Positions 19,034 to 28,330 of a stretch of DNA of 49,731 nucleotides are shown one piece after another; the first letter of the stretch is position 1; each line of letters begins with the position of its first letter. Below the pieces are notes generated by a model. The model was not told the origin of the DNA. It did not search any database and worked only from the letters and a program-made list of their open reading frames with translations. A program made the position numbers and the translations under genes. This DNA is from Thermoproteota archaeon. GTDB lineage: Archaea; Korarchaeota; JAOZGF01; JAOZFZ01. The stretch is taken from the NCBI GenBank assembly GCA_027492035.1, contig JAOZFT010000033.1, forward strand, positions 1-49,731, written 5' to 3'.

Positions 19034-20149
19034 TCAGTTTTCCTTGAAGTAGTTTAGAACTTGTGTTAAGTAATGGTATGAGGTTTTTACTTTTCTGTAG
19101 TCTCCAAAGAAGGTTTCGTTCCATAAAACCACGTGTTCAACACCTGCTTTTTTATACCATGCTAACTTGTTTATTACTTCCTCAGGTGAACCGTAAACAT
19201 ATCTTTCTTCAAGTACTTCTTTTGGAACTAAATTTATGGCTTTTAGGGCTTCTTTTTCACTTAGTTTAGATGGAATATAGTCTCTTAACCCGTAAAAGTT
19301 TCTACCTAAAGGGTGTTGATACCCATGTTTTTCGTAAACGTAAGCTGGATAAATTAAGGCTTTAGCTTTTATTAAAGGTGAATCCATTATTTTTAAGCAT
19401 TCTTCATTGTTTTTATCGATTATTACACTTATGAAAAGGGCTTTAGTGATTTCCTCCTCCTTTCTTCCGTTTTTTGAGGCATATCTTAAAACTTTCTTTA
19501 GTTTCTCTTTATATTCCTCAACTGTTAAATCTACTGGAAGCCACCCGTCACCGTATTTTCCAGTGATTAAAAGCATTTTTTCACCTTGTCCACCAATCCA
19601 TATTGGTGGGTGTTTGTTATTGTGGGGTTGAAGGTCGAAAACTGCATCTTCCAGTTTCCAAAATTTGCCTTTGAAATAAATTTTTTCACCTGTTCCTGAA
19701 TTCTTCAGTAACTTAATTATTTTCAGCGCTTCCTCCAACTTACTTACTTGTTTAGAGTAATTTAAACCGTATGGAGTAATGTTTTCGGCTTCACCTGCTC
19801 CTAAACCTAAAATGAATCTTCCATTTGAGAAATAACTTAAAGTGACAGCTGTTTGCAGTAAATAAGCAGGGTTTCTCCTTATAGCGTCAGTAACTGATAA
19901 ACCTAAAATTATTTTGTTTGTTTGGGAAGAAACAAAGGAAATAGTGGCTGAAGCTTCAAAAAAAACGTGAGGGCTTTTTTGATATTTTGCAACGTTTGTA
20001 ATTTCAGGTTTCCAAATTGATTGAGGATACCAACCCATTAAATGGTCAGGCCACCATACAGAATCATACCCTTTCATCTCAATTTTCTTCACTGTCTCAA
20101 TTAATTTTTTCGGTGGAGAAAAAGTGGGGCCAATTACTCCTATTTTCAT
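19034..20149 (-). CDS. luciferase-like (LLM) flavin/F420-dependent oxidoreductase
   Basis: WWPDH, GRFILGLGAGE.EN..PYG, PPIWIGG.G, GDGWLP, G.PEEV. Confidence 0.88.
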   Translation of the reverse strand: MKIGVIGPTFSPPKKLIETVKKIEMKGYDSVWWPDHLMGWYPQSIWKPEITNVAKYQKSPHVFFEASATISFVSSQTNKIILGLSVTDAIRRNPAYLLQTAVTLSYFSNGRFILGLGAGEAENITPYGLNYSKQVSKLEEALKIIKLLKNSGTGEKIYFKGKFWKLEDAVFDLQPHNNKHPPIWIGGQGEKMLLITGKYGDGWLPVDLTVEEYKEKLKKVLRYASKNGRKEEEITKALFISVIIDKNNEECLKIMDSPLIKAKALIYPAYVYEKHGYQHPLGRNFYGLRDYIPSKLSEKEALKAINLVPKEVLEERYVYGSPEEVINKLAWYKKAGVEHVVLWNETFFGDYRKVKTSYHYLTQVLNYFKEN

Positions 20150-20392
20150 TTTCTTGTCTCCTTCTTAAAAAGTTAAGGTTGGAAAGTTATAAAATGGTTT
20201 TCCTTAACCTTACCTATTGCTTAAATTGTTTTCTTGGTTTTTAAAGTTATTCCTTCATTGTTTCTTTCTTGTTCTGGGCGAATTTTATCTCTGGTTACAG
20301 GAGGAAATTGTCCTTGTTTTGTTTACTGCACAAAAATCTAATTATTTTTGTGATAAAAAACATAAAGTAGTGCTTATCATTAAAGTAATAAT

Positions 20393-20953
20393 GTGATAAA
20401 AAGAGAGTTGATTAAGAACCTTTTTTAGGAAAACAAGTTTCACTGGAATCTTTAAAGGAACTAGTAGTTCCTAAGGCTAAAAAGGTTAATTTTCAATTGT
20501 GGGTTCAAAAAAGTCGGGAAAGACCTGGTATTTTTATTCTCTTATAAATAAGCTGTAACTTCCTATCTACGTTAACCTTGAAGACTTAGCTTTTTAGAAA
20601 ATTAACTACAGAAGAATTTTTCATGTAATTAAAATAGTAAATTTTCTAGAGTTAAAAAGGAAACAAAATGTAAAACCCTTACTAGAAATTTACTATTGGA
20701 AGGATTATCAAGGTAAAGAAGTTAATTTTGTTTTGAAAGAGGGTTAAGGGTGAAGCAACTTATACAGGTAACTTATGCTTCTAACAAGGGTGAAGTTGAG
20801 AGAAGGGAAATTAAAGCTTTAGTAAAAGCCAGCAAACTGCTTAAATGCAAAAACTTGCTTGTTATAACTTGGGATTTGAAAGATGAAACTGTAGTTGACA
20901 AAAGGAAGATAAGATTTATTTCTTTTTGGAAATGGCTGCTTAGACACCAATAA
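20393..20953 (+). pseudogene. internally deleted, frameshifted AAA+ ATPase (COG1373/DUF4143)
   Basis: Relic Walker A SIVGSKKSGKTWY (about 20493-20530), YVNLED, then FLELKRK..EIYYWKDYQGKEVNFVLKEG, a frameshift at about 20742, then VKQLIQVTY..REIKAL..VITWD..WKWLL. Confidence 0.8.
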
Positions 20954-21437
20954 TTTAATCTCGGTTCACGTAAAGCTTGACGTCGAAGAATGGTTTGTGT
21001 TTTTGATAATGTAAAATTATTTGAGATGGATTGGCGCGGTGGTTGCGGTCCCAAGTGTTCAATTATTGTAGAGAAGGTTTTAAGGTGTGTCAAGAACGTT
21101 ACTGGAAGAATATAACAATTTTGACCTAATACTACTCTTAATAAGCTTACTATCGAAATTAAGAGAGAACCCTACAGTGGAGAAGTCAATATTTTGCAAA
21201 GTTTGAAATTACTTTGGGTGAAGAATTAGTCGGAGCTGCTGTGAGAGTTTTATTTCATGATTGATTGTTCACGAAATAGTTCATGTTGCCTGTAGATTTA
21301 AGAAAGTGACTCCTTTAACCCTACCTTTTCAAAACCCCTTTTCCTTTAAAGGTGTTTAAGGTTTTAATTGAATCTTGGCTTTTCGTTTTTTACTGCGAAA
21401 AATTCAAGGACAACCTTGTTAATAGGGGGATTGTTGA

Positions 21438-21620
21438 ATTTCTGGAGCCAAACATGTTGTAAACCAGTATGCAAGGTTTCAATATAGCTGCAGGTACTGT
21501 TACGCGAAGTTTATGTATAAACGAAAAAGGTATGGGGAATGGGGAAGCTGGGTTGAAGCGGAAATAAATGATCCTCAACTTGTAAGAAACAAAAAAGTTA
21601 ATGGTAAAGGTTTAATTTAG
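21438..21620 (+). pseudogene. N-terminal relic of a spore-photoproduct-lyase-like radical SAM (COG1533)
   Basis: VVNQYARFQYSCRYCYAKFM..RYGEWGSWVEAEINDPQLV, a decayed NPYxGCxxxCxYCYA..WG..V..K.N motif; first Cys lost. Confidence 0.75.
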
Positions 21621-21628
21621 GTTATTTT

Positions 21629-22519
21629 TTAGGTTAGTTTAGGTAATTGTAAAATATTGTAGATTGCAAAGGAGAAACTTGTAAGCATTATTGCTAAAGT
21701 AGCTATGAATGATTTATTGTATTGTTTCTTTCTTAAAAGGTAGGTTAAAGTAGCCATTATAAACCCTACTCCGTAAGGAAACCAATTAATAATTGCCCCT
21801 AATGTAATAATTGGAATGCCGTATTTAGGTTTCAGGAGTCCTCCAAACCAAATTAACGCCCAGCTTATGAAGAATGAAAAACCTAAAACTGCTAAGCCTC
21901 CCCCTGTTCCGACATATGTGCTTAAAACCCAACCAACTATGTTAAATGTGACGGGGATGAACATTATGGTTGTGAGTGAGTAAAGAATTTTAGGGTCCCC
22001 TATTTTTCCTTTAATTGCGAAAAAGGGAAACAGGAAAGAGAAAACCAAAACAGGGGGGATAATGCAGATTTTATACAGCCAGTAAAGTCCACCTACATGG
22101 TTTATAAGGATTGATTGAACCCCTGTTAATGAAGGATAGAAAATACCTGTTTGAAAATACACTCCAGCCTCGACAAGGAATACAGCGAGAAAATAGTTAA
22201 ATGTTTCCTTAAAGTTTAATTTCTGACTTAGATTACCTAATTTAATACATAACATTGAACCTGTAAGGGTTAAAAGTGAAGATGTTTCATTTAATAGAAG
22301 CTGCCACACGGTTTCAAACAAAGCACTGTAACCAAATTTTGTGGGTGCTTCTTTCAAATACCTTAACCAGTAAAGTAGGGGGAAATGGTAAAAAGAAACA
22401 GCTGAAAGAACCATATTTGTCAATAAAGCAATGAAGTATGAAAAATAGTTTGGTTTGATTGAATGAACAAAGGAAGAAGCGTTAAAACCATTAAATTTTC
22501 CTAAGTCTTCATTTTTCAA
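21629..22519 (-). CDS. hypothetical multi-pass membrane protein
   Basis: 296 aa open frame with about 8 hydrophobic segments; no motif recognised; start uncertain. Confidence 0.6.
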   Translation of the reverse strand: MKNEDLGKFNGFNASSFVHSIKPNYFSYFIALLTNMVLSAVSFYHFPLLYWLRYLKEAPTKFGYSALFETVWQLLLNETSSLLTLTGSMLCIKLGNLSQKLNFKETFNYFLAVFLVEAGVYFQTGIFYPSLTGVQSILINHVGGLYWLYKICIIPPVLVFSFLFPFFAIKGKIGDPKILYSLTTIMFIPVTFNIVGWVLSTYVGTGGGLAVLGFSFFISWALIWFGGLLKPKYGIPIITLGAIINWFPYGVGFIMATLTYLLRKKQYNKSFIATLAIMLTSFSFAIYNILQLPKLT

Positions 22520-22752
22520 GGGTTCTGCCTTCCTGAAATTTACTCAAGGGAAAACAAGTAAGTGCCTGATTTAACTAGTTTATAAAATTTATGTCTTATA
22601 CCGCAAAAATTTAAAATCAGTAATGATTTTTCTTTATTCAACCCTTTTTTCAGGAAATGTTTAATCCCTTTTTATATATGGAAAGGTGTTGGTTTCAAGA
22701 ATAGCCTTGGATTAGTTTTGTGGGGGTTAAAAAATTTTGGAGGGGGGTTTCT

Positions 22753-23406
22753 TTGAAATTACTTAAAATGGCTAAGTTTCACTTCCTCTTCACAGTTATT
22801 TCCCTATCTTTTATGTTTCTTTTACTTGGTTGCATAGGTCAATCAAAACCTTCACTGACCCCTACTGTTGCACCTAACATTTTAAAGGGGAAAAATGTGC
22901 TTTTCATCGTTTCCTATAGTGGTTTCCGGGATGAAGAACTTAAGATACCTATGGAAATGGTTAAAGAGGCAGGTGCAGCTGTTTCAATAGCTAGTGACAA
23001 GAAAGGAGTAGCTGAAGGAGTTGGGGGAATGAAGATTGAAGTAGATTATGGTTTAAACGAAGTTCCTGTTGACAAATTTGACGCCGTAGTTTTTGTAGGA
23101 GGACCTGGCACTCCTCAACATTTATGGGGGAATAGTTACGCAGTTTCTATTGCTGAACAATCATTCAAAAAAGGTAAAATTGTTGCAGCGATTTGTTTAG
23201 CTCCTGAAGTACTTGCAGAAGCCGGAATACTTGAAGGTAGAAAAGCAACTATTTTTTACTCAGCAAAAGACAAATTAGTAGCAGCTGGAGCTGAATACAT
23301 TAACTCAAAAGTTGTTGTTTCAGATAACATAATAACTAGTAATGGCCCTGCTGCAGCTCCAGAATTTGGAGAAACAATAATTAATGCTCTTTCTAAACAA
23401 TCCTGA
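22753..23406 (+). CDS. DJ-1/PfpI family protein with N-terminal lipoprotein signal
   Basis: FRDEEL, VGGPG, AAICLAP, ITSNGP; N-terminal K-rich and hydrophobic stretch ending in LLGC; RBS GGAGG at 22739. Confidence 0.88.
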   Translation: MKLLKMAKFHFLFTVISLSFMFLLLGCIGQSKPSLTPTVAPNILKGKNVLFIVSYSGFRDEELKIPMEMVKEAGAAVSIASDKKGVAEGVGGMKIEVDYGLNEVPVDKFDAVVFVGGPGTPQHLWGNSYAVSIAEQSFKKGKIVAAICLAPEVLAEAGILEGRKATIFYSAKDKLVAAGAEYINSKVVVSDNIITSNGPAAAPEFGETIINALSKQS

Positions 23407-23640
23407 AAATTTGAAACTCCCCTTCTTTTTTATTAAGAATTTTTGGAGAAATAAGGAAAGACTTTACGAAGTTGCTAAAAAATTTTCTCTCTTTAAAAGC
23501 TTACTTTCTATTTAGGAATAAATTATGAAAAATAGGTAATTAAAAGTCTTAATTAGGCTAAACAGGCTTTTTTCTTCATGGACTGATTTCAAGGCAGTAA
23601 ACTTGACCGTTTCTCTGTGTCTGTAAAAGCAACTCTTAAG

Positions 23641-26403
23641 TCATAAAAATAGGTAATTTTTAAGTTTTTGGAGATATCCTGAAAATCTAGAACTTCCTTT
23701 TCCTATCCAAAGCTCAGGTAAAACAAGAAACAGTCCTGTTGAGGCAGTAGCTATCGTTATTAAAAACTGTGTAAAAGTTAGTTTGACGCAGTGAAAAGCT
23801 GAGTTAAGTATTGGTATGTAAGGTAAAGCTATAGTTAATGCGATGCTTGCAAAAGTGCCTACAACAAAAAACTTATTTTCAAAAGCCTTCTTTCCCATTC
23901 TCCAGACGCTGCAGCTTTCAGATCTGCAGTTCCAAACAACAAACAACTCAAACAAAGCTGCTTGAATAAAAGTCATAGTTACAGCTGTTTCGTAACTTTT
24001 AAGAACAAAATAGCCATACATGAAAAGCATTAGGCTTCCAAATGATTGAGAAATGAAAGATATAAACATGAAAAGGAACATTCCATGGAAAATGCTTTCT
24101 TCAGGGTTTCTTGGAGGCCTTTCAATCACATCTTTTTCAGGAGGGTCAAAAGCTAAAGAAACAGCTGGGGGGCCGTCTGTTACAAGATTTATCCATAAAA
24201 TTTGGACTGGAAGCATAGGTAAAGGCCATTTGGCAAGGGAAGCTAAACCAATAACTAATAACTCGTCGAAGTTGCATGAAATAAGGAATCTTATGTATTT
24301 TCTAATGTTGTCATATATTCTTCTGCCCCACATCAACGCTGTAATTAATGTTGCGTAGTTGTCGTCAAGCAATACAGCATCAGCTGCTTCTTTACTTACG
24401 TCAGTCCCTTTTATTCCCATCGACACCCCTATATCTGCCCTTTTCAAAGCTGGTGCATCATTTACACCGTCACCTGTCACTGCTACTACATGTCCCTTCC
24501 TTTTTAAGGCTTCAACTATCCTTAATTTATGGAAAGGTGAAACTCTTGCATACACCTTCACTTCCTCCACAATTTTCTCTAATTCTTCATCACTTAAAGA
24601 ATCTAATTCTTTACCAGTCATTACTTTATCTCCTTGGTTAAGTATTCCAAGTTCTTTAGCTATTGCTACAGCTGTTAGTTTATGGTCACCAGTCACCATA
24701 ACATTCTTTATACCTGCCCTTTTACATGTTTTAACTGCTTCAACAGCTTCTTTACGTGGAGGGTCAAGCATACCTTGCATACCAACAAAAACAAACCCTT
24801 CCTCAATTTTTTCCATGTCTTCATTTTTCAAGCTTGGTTTCCAGTTAAGTAAAGGTTTGTAAGCCATAGCTAAAACTCTTAATCCTTCACTAGCTAAGTT
24901 CTCATTCACTTGCAAAAGATTCTTCTTCTCCTCCTTATTTAACTCCTTAACTTCTCCTTCGGTTAATATGTATTTACATTTCTCAATAACTACTTCAGGA
25001 GCCCCTTTCATGTAAGCAACAATTCTTCCTTCTGGTTCCTTGTGGATTGTCGTCATCCTTTTCCTTTCTGAACTAAAAGGAATTTCACTTAACCTAACAT
25101 ATTCTCTATCAATCTCTTTCTTACTTATTTTTAGTTTCTTAGCTGCTTCAACAAGCGCTATCTCAGTAGGGTCCCCTTTCAGTATTTCTCCATCGGTTAA
25201 AACATTGCTGCAAAGAACCCCTATCAAGAAAAGATTCTTTAAAGCTTCAAGTTCTCTGCGGTCACCAACAACTTCAATGAGAGAAGATTCCTTCTTTTCT
25301 AAGCTTAAAAGTTTTTTGTTGACGTAAATTTTGCGCACAGCCATTTCACCCCTGGTTAAGGTTCCTGTTTTGTCCGCACAGACATAAGTTACTGAACCGA
25401 GGGTTTCAGCTGAAGCTAATCTTCGTATAACTGCGTTTTTCTTAGCTAATTCTTTTGCACCTAAAGCTAAAGTTATTGTAACAACAGCAGGTAAAGCTTC
25501 AGGAACCGCTGAAATAGCTAAAGCCACAGCAGCCATGAAAACATTCAAAACAGCTTTAAATGAAAAACCGTAATCTATTAACCCAAAAACAAAAATTATT
25601 ATACATAACCCAATTATCACTTTGCCTAACTTACTGGCAAAGTTATCAAGTTTCTTTTGAAGAGGGGTTTTCTCCTCCTTAATTTTACCCATGACCCCAG
25701 CAATTTTTCCAAGTTCCGTGTTCATCCCTACTGCTGTAACAACAGCTTTGCCCCTTCCCCTGACGACGTAAGTTCCTGTAAAAACCATGTTTTTCCTGTC
25801 AGCTACAGGTGTTTCAAGTTTAACAGGTTCTCTGGTTTTCTCTACAGGTACTGATTCCCCAGTTAATGAAGCCTCATCGGTTCTTAAACTGTAACACTCA
25901 ATTAACCTAGCGTCAGCAGGTATTCTGTCCCCCTCTTCAAGTAAAATTACGTCACCTATTGTGACTTGGTCAGCTGAAACATTACTTACATGGCCATTAC
26001 GTAGAACTCTTGCAACAGGTGCAGTTAAAATTTTTAAAGCTTCCAAGGCTTTTTCAGCCCTATATCCCTGCACAAACCCCATTACAGCTACTAACGCAAC
26101 AATCGAGGATATCGTTACTGCATCAACTGCCTCACCTAAAAGAAAAGAAATAACAGCTGCTGCTACAAGCATTAAAACAAAAACGTCTCTGAATTGGTTA
26201 AGAAACAACTTTAAAGCCTTAAACTTAACTTCTCCAACTGATATCGTGTTTAAACCGTATTTCTTAATTCTATTAACTGCTTCTTCAGCTTTTAAGCCAT
26301 ACCCAGGGTCTGTCCCAAGTTTTCTAATGGTTTCTTCAATCGTTAAAGCGTGGAAAGGCTCTCTCTGCAGCTGCTGCAAACTATCCGACATATTAATCAC
26401 CAA
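23641..26403 (-). CDS. P-type ATPase, type IIA (Ca2+-transporting, SERCA-like)
   Basis: LTGES, VPEALP, DKTGTLT, KGAPE, TGDGVNDAPALK, WINLVTDG. Confidence 0.93.
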   Translation of the reverse strand: MVINMSDSLQQLQREPFHALTIEETIRKLGTDPGYGLKAEEAVNRIKKYGLNTISVGEVKFKALKLFLNQFRDVFVLMLVAAAVISFLLGEAVDAVTISSIVALVAVMGFVQGYRAEKALEALKILTAPVARVLRNGHVSNVSADQVTIGDVILLEEGDRIPADARLIECYSLRTDEASLTGESVPVEKTREPVKLETPVADRKNMVFTGTYVVRGRGKAVVTAVGMNTELGKIAGVMGKIKEEKTPLQKKLDNFASKLGKVIIGLCIIIFVFGLIDYGFSFKAVLNVFMAAVALAISAVPEALPAVVTITLALGAKELAKKNAVIRRLASAETLGSVTYVCADKTGTLTRGEMAVRKIYVNKKLLSLEKKESSLIEVVGDRRELEALKNLFLIGVLCSNVLTDGEILKGDPTEIALVEAAKKLKISKKEIDREYVRLSEIPFSSERKRMTTIHKEPEGRIVAYMKGAPEVVIEKCKYILTEGEVKELNKEEKKNLLQVNENLASEGLRVLAMAYKPLLNWKPSLKNEDMEKIEEGFVFVGMQGMLDPPRKEAVEAVKTCKRAGIKNVMVTGDHKLTAVAIAKELGILNQGDKVMTGKELDSLSDEELEKIVEEVKVYARVSPFHKLRIVEALKRKGHVVAVTGDGVNDAPALKRADIGVSMGIKGTDVSKEAADAVLLDDNYATLITALMWGRRIYDNIRKYIRFLISCNFDELLVIGLASLAKWPLPMLPVQILWINLVTDGPPAVSLAFDPPEKDVIERPPRNPEESIFHGMFLFMFISFISQSFGSLMLFMYGYFVLKSYETAVTMTFIQAALFELFVVWNCRSESCSVWRMGKKAFENKFFVVGTFASIALTIALPYIPILNSAFHCVKLTFTQFLITIATASTGLFLVLPELWIGKGSSRFSGYLQKLKNYLFL

Positions 26404-26606
26404 AATTTTTCCCTCAGCTTTGTTCCCAACCCGATTTCACCTTCCGTATGTTTCTATCACTTTTAAGGTTAAAACTAGTTTCCTTTATTCTTTAAATTTT
26501 GTAGATGTTCCCCCCTGCTTGAAAAATTGTTCAGGTTGTAAATCTTCCTTTTTTAAAAGGAGTTTTTAAAAAGTCTATTTTTATTTAAAAAGTAAGAGGT
26601 GAAGAA

Positions 26607-27632
26607 ATGTCAGTCTTAGAAAATATCCCTAATTATGAACCCAACACTCCTCCAAAACCTTTATGCGAAATAGATTTCCTTGAAGAATTGACTTTAAACT
26701 GGGGTGAAAAATGGGGGGCTCAATCCTCAGTAGGGAAGTTAAAGAGGGTGCTTGTTCATAAACCTGGTGAGGAAGCTGCTTCACCAATCATACGCAAGGA
26801 TCCTATGTTTTTCAATTTACCAGAAGGTGTAACTAACCTTGAAAAAATGCAAAAACAACACGATATGTTGGTTGAAGCTTTAAAAAATGAAAAGGTTAAA
26901 GTAGAATATCTTGAACCTAAGAACCCCCTTATAGGAACCTACGGGGTTCCTCTTAGGTCAGCTTGTTACACAAGGGAAAGTGTAGTTATTAAGGGTGGAG
27001 CCATAATTGAAAGACCTGCACCAGCCTATAAAAAAGGTTTAGAGGTTTTTCATGCTAAGAGATTAATGGAGCTAGGTTGCCCAATTCTTTACACGGTTCA
27101 TGGTAAAGGCTGCTTTGAAGCAAGTAATTTATGGTTTATCGACCGCAAAGGTGAAAAAGTAATAATAGCCACCGGTTTAAGAACAAACATGGAAGGGATA
27201 AACCAAATTAAACCGATTCTTGAAATGAGCGGTGTAAAGGAAGTACATATCGCTCATTTACCTGGTTACCTAAAAACTAGGAAATGGCAAGTGGGAAGTT
27301 CTTCAGGAATTTTCCATTTAGACATGACTTTTGGGATGGCTGATGAAAACTTAGCTGTAATTTACCCCGGCGGTGTTGGTTACGACACAATTCAATACCT
27401 TGAAAGAAACAAAATCAACTTGGTAGAGGTCCCTGAAAAAGAACTCAGGAACTGTGCACCTAACATACTTCCAATATCGCCAGGAAAAGTTATAATTCCA
27501 TCCGGTAACCCAAAAACCAGTAAAGAATTAAGGAAGGAAGGGGTAGATGTTATAGAAGTTGAGTTGTCTGAATTTGTTAAGGGAGGCGGCGGCCCTAGAT
27601 GTTTAACCCTTGACTTAGTAAGGGACAACTAA
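26607..27632 (+). CDS. amidinotransferase/arginine deiminase/DDAH superfamily protein
   Basis: GKLKRVLVHKPG, QKQH, YTRE, FEASN, RTN.EG, FHLD, GGGGPRCLT. Confidence 0.88.
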   Translation: MSVLENIPNYEPNTPPKPLCEIDFLEELTLNWGEKWGAQSSVGKLKRVLVHKPGEEAASPIIRKDPMFFNLPEGVTNLEKMQKQHDMLVEALKNEKVKVEYLEPKNPLIGTYGVPLRSACYTRESVVIKGGAIIERPAPAYKKGLEVFHAKRLMELGCPILYTVHGKGCFEASNLWFIDRKGEKVIIATGLRTNMEGINQIKPILEMSGVKEVHIAHLPGYLKTRKWQVGSSSGIFHLDMTFGMADENLAVIYPGGVGYDTIQYLERNKINLVEVPEKELRNCAPNILPISPGKVIIPSGNPKTSKELRKEGVDVIEVELSEFVKGGGGPRCLTLDLVRDN

Positions 27633-27703
27633 GAATTTACAACCTAAAATTTTTCAGTTTTCTTGAAAAAAGATAAAGGGAGTAAATTGAGTAGGTGTGA
27701 AAA

Positions 27704-27889
27704 ATGGAGGAAAGTGAGAGAGTAATTTCAGACTTAGGCGACGCAATTGTAACTTTAATTAATCAATTGATAAGTAAGGGGTCACATGTAAAACTAAACA
27801 TAGAAAACTTATCTCTAGATTTCAGGGGAGTCAAAGTTGTTTTGAACGGTACAGTATCTCTTGACATATCTTACATTTCAAAAACTTAA
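27704..27889 (+). CDS. small hypothetical protein (61 aa)
   Basis: SD-like AGGTGTGA before the ATG; amphipathic helix followed by a beta pattern. Confidence 0.7.
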   Translation: MEESERVISDLGDAIVTLINQLISKGSHVKLNIENLSLDFRGVKVVLNGTVSLDISYISKT

Positions 27890-28330
27890 AAACGTTGCTT
27901 TCTAAACTAAAGCTGACACAGCAACACCTTTTTTTAATTGAAGAAAATCCTCTACGTAACATTTCCAGAATAGATCTTCTGGGAGAAAGTGGAAATCCAA
28001 GTATTCACACTGAGTGAAAAATTCCTGGTGTAATAGTGAAATAGGTTTCTATAGGATTTAGAATTGCAAACGAAGAATAAAGAAAAGGTAATTAGGGATG
28101 CAGGGGCTTTAAACACTTTTTTACACCAAAGAAAAATATGTTCATTGCTCATTATAGCAAATTGCTCATGTTTTTATTTTGAAGCTTTATGTGTAAAGTA
28201 TTCATTAAAATACGTTGCAGCACTCCTTTTATGTACATAACTTTTTTTTCCAGCTTACCTAAACTCCTTAATGAGAAAGGGTTTCTCAATTTTTTCAATA
28301 GTTAAGCATACCTTTTGTTAAACACTCATT

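Noticed and set aside
21113-21124. Stop-codon recoding (Sec/Pyl) in the HMA-like ORF
   Set aside because: The first stop is TAA and the surrounding region is generally decayed
24053-26569. Long plus-strand ORFs inside the P-type ATPase (also antisense ORFs in other genes, e.g. 18097-18474, 45154-45720)
   Set aside because: Antisense shadows of well-supported genes, Ser/Phe/Thr-rich with no motifs
27952-28152. 66-aa minus-strand ORF
   Set aside because: No RBS or motif; may be an eroded gene but I cannot identify it
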